Shown here piece by piece: positions 12,999 to 17,057 of a stretch of 17,057 nt of DNA. The DNA comes from Rhabdothermincola salaria. GTDB lineage: Bacteria > Actinomycetota > Acidimicrobiia > Acidimicrobiales > Acidimicrobilacustridaceae. The stretch lies in contig NZ_JAJQXW010000007.1 in assembly GCF_021246445.1 (NCBI RefSeq), positions 1 through 17,057 on the forward strand, in the 5' to 3' direction. How positions within the stretch are numbered: the stretch's first letter is position 1; the number at the start of each line of letters is the position of its first letter. Made by a program: the position numbers and the translations under genes. The notes beneath the pieces were generated by a model, which did not search any database, was not told the DNA's origin, and worked only from the letters and a program-made list of their open reading frames with translations.

Positions 12999-13718
12999 TC
13001 AGGCCGAGACGGCGGCGTCGGGCGTCGGGTGCATGCGCAGCGGGTCGACCTTGACGCCCGGGCCCATGGTCGACGCCAGCGTGATCTTCTTGAAGTAGCG
13101 GCCCTTGGCCGACGCCGGCTTGACCTTCTCGAGCTCCTCGAGCACGGCCGAGAGGTTGGCGGTGAGAGCGGAGGCCTCGAAGCTGACCTTGCCGATGGGC
13201 ACGTGCACGTTGCCGTTGCGGTCGGTGCGGTACTCGACCTTGCCGCCCTTGAAGTCGGCGACGGCCTTGCCCACCTCGGGGGTGACGGTGCCGGTCTTGG
13301 GGTTCGGCATCAGGCCACGCGGGCCGAGCACCCGGCCGAGCTTGCCGACCTGGGGCATGAGGTCGGGGGTGGAGATGGCGACGTCGAAGTCGAGCATGCC
13401 GCCCTCCACCTGGGCGACGAGGTCGTCGGCGCCCACGAACTCCGCGCCCGCCTCGCGGGCTTCGGCCGCGGCATCGCCGGTGGCGAAGACGGCGATGCGG
13501 ACGTCGGTGCCGGTGCCCGACGGCAACGCGACGGTGCCGCGCAACATCTGGTCGGCCTTGCGGGGGTCGACGCCCAGGCGGGCGGCCAACTCGACGGTCT
13601 CGTCGAAGGAGGCCGAGGCCAGGCTCTTCACCAGGTCGACGGCCTCAGCACCGGAGTGCAGGTGGTCGTGGTCGTAGCGGCGGGCCGCGTCGGAGTACTT
13701 CTTGCCATGCTTCGCCAT
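12999..13718 (-). CDS. rplA: 50S ribosomal protein L1
   Basis: Start moved to ATG at 13718 (MAKHGKKYS..., 239 aa) after [46 protein letters not shown]. Confidence 0.98.
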   Translation of the reverse strand: MAKHGKKYSDAARRYDHDHLHSGAEAVDLVKSLASASFDETVELAARLGVDPRKADQMLRGTVALPSGTGTDVRIAVFATGDAAAEAREAGAEFVGADDLVAQVEGGMLDFDVAISTPDLMPQVGKLGRVLGPRGLMPNPKTGTVTPEVGKAVADFKGGKVEYRTDRNGNVHVPIGKVSFEASALTANLSAVLEELEKVKPASAKGRYFKKITLASTMGPGVKVDPLRMHPTPDAAVSA

Positions 13719-13827
13719 GTCGGCTCCCTCGGGGTAGGGCCCACCGAAGGTGGGCGTCGGCCGCCCGGGCGAGGTGGTCCCGGTGCGGTGGTGGAAACGG
13801 GTCGGCGGCACGGAGCCGCCACCCGGG

Positions 13828-14253
13828 TCAGGCGATGTCGATGCCCATCGACCGGGCGGTGCCGGCGACCTGGAGCTTGGCGGCGTCGAGGTCGTTGGCG
13901 TTGAGGTCGGGCATCTTGATCTGCGCGATCTCGGCGACCTGGGCATCGGTGATCGACCCGGCGGTGGCCTTGGACGGGGTCTGGGAACCCTTGTCGAGGC
14001 CGGCAGCCTGCTTGATGAGCACCGACGTCGGCGGGGTCTTCAGCACGAACGTGAACGAGCGGTCCTCGTACACGGTGATCTCGACCGGCACGATGGTGCC
14101 CTTCTGCGCCTCGGTCTTGGCGTTGTACTCCTTGCAGAAGTCCATGATCGCCACACCGTGCGGACCCAGAGCGGTACCCACCGGGGGCGCCGGGTTGGCG
14201 CCGCCTGCGGGGATCTGGATCTTCACGACGGCCGCAACCTTCTTCTTGGCCAT
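13828..14253 (-). CDS. rplK: 50S ribosomal protein L11
   Basis: 141 aa; [38 protein letters not shown]. Confidence 0.99.
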   Translation of the reverse strand: MAKKKVAAVVKIQIPAGGANPAPPVGTALGPHGVAIMDFCKEYNAKTEAQKGTIVPVEITVYEDRSFTFVLKTPPTSVLIKQAAGLDKGSQTPSKATAGSITDAQVAEIAQIKMPDLNANDLDAAKLQVAGTARSMGIDIA

Positions 14254-14312
14254 GATGTCCTTGCCTCGTCGTTCGTGGGCGCCCGGCGGGATGCCGCCAG
14301 GCGCGATCTACC

Positions 14313-14341
14313 ATCGTGGCGGTTCGTACCGCCGATGACAA
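14313..14341 (-). promoter_or_regulatory. Candidate rplKA promoter
   Basis: TTGTCA (14341-14336) - 17 nt - CACGAT (14318-14313); directly after a 7-bp hairpin (14342-14360) that follows the nusG stop. Confidence 0.55.
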
Positions 14342-14367
14342 CTCCGCCACCCGGGCGGAGCAGTGGG

Positions 14368-15123
14368 TCAGAGCTTGGCGACCTGGGAGAACTCGAGCTC
14401 CACGGGCGTCTCGCGCCCGAAGATGTTGACGAGCACCTTGACCTTGAGCTGGTCCTCGTTGATCTCGACGATCTCGCCGCTGAAGTCGGCGAAGGGCCCT
14501 TCCTTGACCCGCACCGTCTCGCCCATCTCGTACTCGAGGCGGGGCTTGCTGCGCGCCGGAGCTGCTTCTTCGCCCTCGACCTTCACGGGCAGGAAGGTCT
14601 CGACGTCGCGACGCTTGAGCGGCGACGGCTTGGGACCCTGCCCCACGAACCCGGTGACCCCGGGGGTGTTGCGCACGACGTACCAGGAGTCGTCCTCGAG
14701 CTCGCAACGCACCAGCAGGTAGCCGGGGAAGACCTTCTTCTGGACGACCTGCTTCTTGCCGTTCTTGAACTCGACGACGTCTTCCATGGGGATGACGACC
14801 TCGTGGATGCGCTCCTCCATGTTCATCGAGGAGATGCGGGCTTCGAGGTTCTGCTTGACCTTCTTCTCGTAGCCCGACTGGGTGTGGACCACGAACCACT
14901 GCCCGGGGCGGTCGTAGGCGCTCTGGGGAGCCGGGCGCTCTTCTTCGAGCAGCCCATCGGGGTCGACGACCTCGACCTCGTCGGCGGTGTCCTCCCCGGT
15001 CGCGGCTTGGTCGGCCGTGGCGTCCTCGCCGTCGGGGACCTGGGCGTCGGCCGTCTCGGGCGCCGGGTCGTCCGTGGCCACCTCGTCGGAGGGGGTGGGG
15101 GTGTCGTCGGTGAAAGAGGTCAT
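14368..15123 (-). CDS. nusG: Transcription termination/antitermination factor NusG
   Basis: 251 aa; [60 protein letters not shown] overlap with the secE stop. Confidence 0.98.
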   Translation of the reverse strand: MTSFTDDTPTPSDEVATDDPAPETADAQVPDGEDATADQAATGEDTADEVEVVDPDGLLEEERPAPQSAYDRPGQWFVVHTQSGYEKKVKQNLEARISSMNMEERIHEVVIPMEDVVEFKNGKKQVVQKKVFPGYLLVRCELEDDSWYVVRNTPGVTGFVGQGPKPSPLKRRDVETFLPVKVEGEEAAPARSKPRLEYEMGETVRVKEGPFADFSGEIVEINEDQLKVKVLVNIFGRETPVELEFSQVAKL

Positions 15124-15422
15124 TTGGCGTTGAACAATCTGAGGACGAGCTCGGAGAAGACCCAGTCGATGCCGAAGATCAGCAGCGTGGCGATGACGAG
15201 CGTGATGAGCGTGATGATGGAGTAGTTGATGGTCTCGGAGCGGGTGGGCCAGGCCACCTTGCGCAGCTCGCCGCGGACTTCCTTGACGAACTGGCGGGGG
15301 CTGGTGCGCTGCTCCTTGGGCCGCTGGTTCTGGGGACCACGCTTGGTGCGCAGCGGTTCGCCGTCGGGGCCGAGCTCGCCCTGGCGTTGCAGCATGCGCT
15401 TCTGTTCACGGTTCAACGCCAT
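15120..15422 (-). CDS. secE: Preprotein translocase subunit SecE
   Basis: Start moved to ATG at 15422 (MALNREQKR..., 100 aa) because the longer ORF overlaps the t[22 protein letters not shown] motif plus one TM helix. Confidence 0.96.
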   Translation of the reverse strand: MALNREQKRMLQRQGELGPDGEPLRTKRGPQNQRPKEQRTSPRQFVKEVRGELRKVAWPTRSETINYSIITLITLVIATLLIFGIDWVFSELVLRLFNAK

Positions 15423-15464
15423 GGCGACACTTCCCACCGCCCGAGCGGTTCGAGATGTTCGGAG

Positions 15465-15537
15465 CAGGGCAGGAGGGACTCGAACCCCCAACCTACGGTT
15501 TTGGAGACCGTTGCTCTACCAGTTGAGCTACTGCCCT
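15465..15537 (-). tRNA. tRNA-Trp (CCA anticodon); 3' CCA not encoded
   Basis: Acceptor stem AGGGCAG/CTGCCCT, D arm GCTC-AACTGGTA-GAGC, anticodon arm ACGGT-CT-CCA-AA-ACCGT, T arm GGGGG-TTCGAGT-CCCTC; discriminator G followed by CTC; usual position before secE. Confidence 0.98.
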
Positions 15538-15570
15538 CGGTTGTGAGGAGACGACCTGCCCGGACGGGCC

Positions 15571-15579
15571 AGGATAGCA
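15571..15579 (-). promoter_or_regulatory. Candidate extended -10 promoter for tRNA-Trp/secE/nusG
   Basis: TG-C-TATCCT, 33 nt upstream of the mature tRNA 5' end. Confidence 0.6.
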
Positions 15580-15619
15580 GCCACCTCTCGGCGACCGACC
15601 CCGGGGCCCGGACCGAACG

Positions 15620-15649
15620 AGCCTAGGCGTCGCGCTGCGCTCTCGGCGA
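15620..15649 (-). promoter_or_regulatory. Possible second, distal promoter for tRNA-Trp/secE
   Basis: TCGCCG (15649-15644) - 18 nt - TAGGCT (15625-15620). Confidence 0.35.
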
Positions 15650-15692
15650 AACGGGTGGCCGGCGCCTCCCCGAACCAGGGTCGGACCCCCGC

Positions 15693-16040
15693 TCAGCCGG
15701 CCAGCCGGCGACCGCGGGCGGCCAGCACCAAGGCACCGCCCACGCCCGCCGCGGTAGCGGCGGCGAGGGTGCCGACGTAGGCCACCCGCCGACGGTGGTG
15801 GGCCTCGGGCGGCACGGCGGACGAGGCCGCGTCGAGAGCGCCGACGATGTCGGCGTAGAGCGTCGTCGGCGGCGGGTGGGCCTGGGTGGCGAGCTCACCG
15901 AGCGCCCGGTGCACGCGCCGGTCGCGACTCGATGCCGCCTGGCAGCGCAGGCAGTGCCGGACGTGTCGGAGGGCCGGCTCGGGGAGCGCGGCGCCGTCGA
16001 CCAGGCCCGGGAGGTCGTCGCTGATCCGCTCACATCGCAC
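15693..16040 (-). CDS. Zinc-binding anti-sigma factor (ZAS / zf-HC2 type) with C-terminal TM helix
   Basis: Probable GTG start at 16040 (SD AAGGTGA 5 nt upstream; alternative ATG 16046), 115 aa: MRC... N-terminal Cys, HVRHCLRC = HxxxCxxC (15965-15942), hydrophobic VAYVGTLAAATAAGVGGALVLAA; overlaps the sigma stop by 11 nt. Confidence 0.85.
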   Translation of the reverse strand: MRCERISDDLPGLVDGAALPEPALRHVRHCLRCQAASSRDRRVHRALGELATQAHPPPTTLYADIVGALDAASSAVPPEAHHRRRVAYVGTLAAATAAGVGGALVLAARGRRLAG

Positions 16041-16617
16041 GGGCATCACCTTCGGTGTCGTCCGGACCCAGCTGACGCAGGAAGACGTCGTCGCGGAGCT
16101 TGCGGCGGGCCCGGTGAAGGCGGACCTTGGCGGCCGACTCCGAGATCCCCAGCTCGGCCGCGATCGCCTCGTGGGGCAGGTCGTAGACGTCGCGCAGCAC
16201 GACCACCGCCCGCAGCCGAGGGGGAAGGCGGCGCAACGCCCGCTGGAGGCGCTCGCGCAGCAGGCCGTGCTCGGCCCGACCCTCGGGGTCGTGGGCCAGG
16301 CGCAGATCGCCGACGGGATGGTCGTCGTCGAGCTCGTCGTGGCGATGGCGCCGGCGCCGCCCGAGGTGGGTGGAGGCGCAGTTGGCCGTGATGCGATAGA
16401 GCCAGGTGGTGAACTGGGCATCACCCCGGAAGCGGTCGAGGCCCCGGTAGGCCCGCAGGTACGTCTCCTGCACCACGTCGCAGGCATCGTCGTCGTCACC
16501 CGTGAGGCGGTGGGCGAGTGTGTAGGTGTCGACGTAGGTGGCCCGCACCAGGGCATCGAAGGCCTGGCGATCCCCTCGGCGGGCGGCGTCGACCAGCGCA
16601 GCGGTGTCGGTGGGCAT
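16030..16617 (-). CDS. ECF-family RNA polymerase sigma factor
   Basis: Probable ATG at 16617 (MPTDTAALVDAARRGDRQAF..., 195 aa); region 2 DVVQETYLRAY...FTTWLYRITAN; region 4 LPPRLRAVVVLRD...IAAELGISESAAKVRLHRARRKL. Start uncertain; the ORF-track start lies inside rpmG. Confidence 0.93.
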   Translation of the reverse strand: MPTDTAALVDAARRGDRQAFDALVRATYVDTYTLAHRLTGDDDDACDVVQETYLRAYRGLDRFRGDAQFTTWLYRITANCASTHLGRRRRHRHDELDDDHPVGDLRLAHDPEGRAEHGLLRERLQRALRRLPPRLRAVVVLRDVYDLPHEAIAAELGISESAAKVRLHRARRKLRDDVFLRQLGPDDTEGDARAM

Positions 16618-16626
16618 CGTGGGTCG

Positions 16627-16652
16627 GACCCGCTGAGGCCGCTGCGGGTTAC
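16627..16652 (-). promoter_or_regulatory. Candidate ECF-type (autoregulatory) promoter
   Basis: GTAAC (16652-16648) - 18 nt - GTC (16629-16627), then 9 nt to the ATG; fits the general AAC...GTC/GTT ECF pattern. Confidence 0.5.
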
Positions 16653-16669
16653 CCGCACCCGGGCGCGAC

Positions 16670-16701
16670 GCTTCGGCGTCCGCCGGGGCAGACGCCGAAG
16701 C
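16670..16701 (-). terminator. Strong hairpin after rpmG, probable terminator without U-tract
   Basis: Perfect 11-bp inverted repeat GCTTCGGCGTC / GACGCCGAAGC, extendable to 14 bp on the mRNA strand. Confidence 0.6.
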
Positions 16702-16751
16702 AGCTCGATCCTCGACCGGCACGGGACCCTCGGGACCGTGCGGCACGTCGC

Positions 16752-16916
16752 TCAGCGGGTCTCTTTGTGGGCGGTGTGCGCCCGATCCCACTTGCAGAAC
16801 TTCTTGAGCTCGATGCGCTCGCGGTCGTTGACCTTGTTCTTGGTCGTGATGTAGTTGCGGCGCTTGCAGACCTGGCACTCCAGGGTGACCTGCACGCGCT
16901 TTTCGTTCCTGGCCAT
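16752..16916 (-). CDS. rpmG: 50S ribosomal protein L33
   Basis: Hand translation: [54 protein letters not shown] (54 aa); SD AGGAG. Below the ORF-track cutoff. Confidence 0.97.
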   Translation of the reverse strand: MARNEKRVQVTLECQVCKRRNYITTKNKVNDRERIELKKFCKWDRAHTAHKETR

Positions 16917-16932
16917 CGGTGGCTCCTACGTA

Positions 16933-16951
16933 GCGGGGCGGGTGGCCCCGC
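16933..16951 (-). other. Hairpin in the tuf-rpmG spacer
   Basis: GCGGGGC-CACCC-GCCCCGC, 7-bp stem between the tuf stop and the rpmG SD. Confidence 0.45.
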
Positions 16952-16958
16952 CGACGTC

Positions 16959-17057
16959 TTACTTGATGATCTTGGTGACGCGGCCGGCGCCCACGGTACG
17001 ACCACCCTCACGAATGGCGAAACGCAGACCCTCTTCCATGGCGATCGGCGCGATCAA
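16959..17057 (-). CDS. tuf: Elongation factor Tu, 3' end only (copy upstream of rpmG)
   Basis: Hand translation [32 protein letters not shown], the EF-Tu C-terminal signature; TAA at 16961-16959. Confidence 0.97.
   Translation of the reverse strand: MIAPIAMEEGLRFAIREGGRTVGAGRVTKIIK

Noticed and set aside
13816..14355. 12-bp repeat CCCGGGTGGCGG after both nusG and rplK stops
   Set aside because: Nearly all G/C and also present inside fusA (698-709), so consistent with chance.
15423..15537. tRNA-Trp as an integration site for the ECF cassette
   Set aside because: The cassette is upstream of the tRNA, no duplicated tRNA 3' end is visible and there is no integrase.
16030..16878. ORF-track N-terminal extensions of the sigma and anti-sigma (also rpsG, rplJ, rplA, secE)
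   Set aside because: They overlap rpmG, the tRNA, leaders or neighbouring genes; better starts with SD or family-typical N-termini lie downstream.

Overview
High-GC bacterial core-genome block, all real genes on the minus strand. In transcription order (right to left): tuf (3' end only) - rpmG - [ECF sigma factor + zinc anti-sigma] - tRNA-Trp - secE - nusG - rplK - rplA - rplJ - rplL - rpoB - rpoC - rpsL - rpsG - fusA - tuf (5' end only). The long coiled-coil insertion in RpoC and the acidic NusG extension indicate Actinomycetota; Acidimicrobiia is my guess from recalled signature indels and the second tuf, not a database result. Most of the window is ordinary housekeeping DNA and I found no mobile element, CRISPR array or defence system. 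The departures worth a look: (1) RpoC has lost all four cysteines of its second zinc site; (2) an ECF/ZAS pair sits between rpmG and tRNA-Trp, with a candidate autoregulated leaderless promoter, an overlapping palindrome, and an 11-bp repeat on both sides; (3) two directly repeated tuf copies bracket the block, with exactly 99 nt of each visible; (4) the L10 leader has a terminator/antiterminator switch; (5) L10 has a 73-aa acidic tail.
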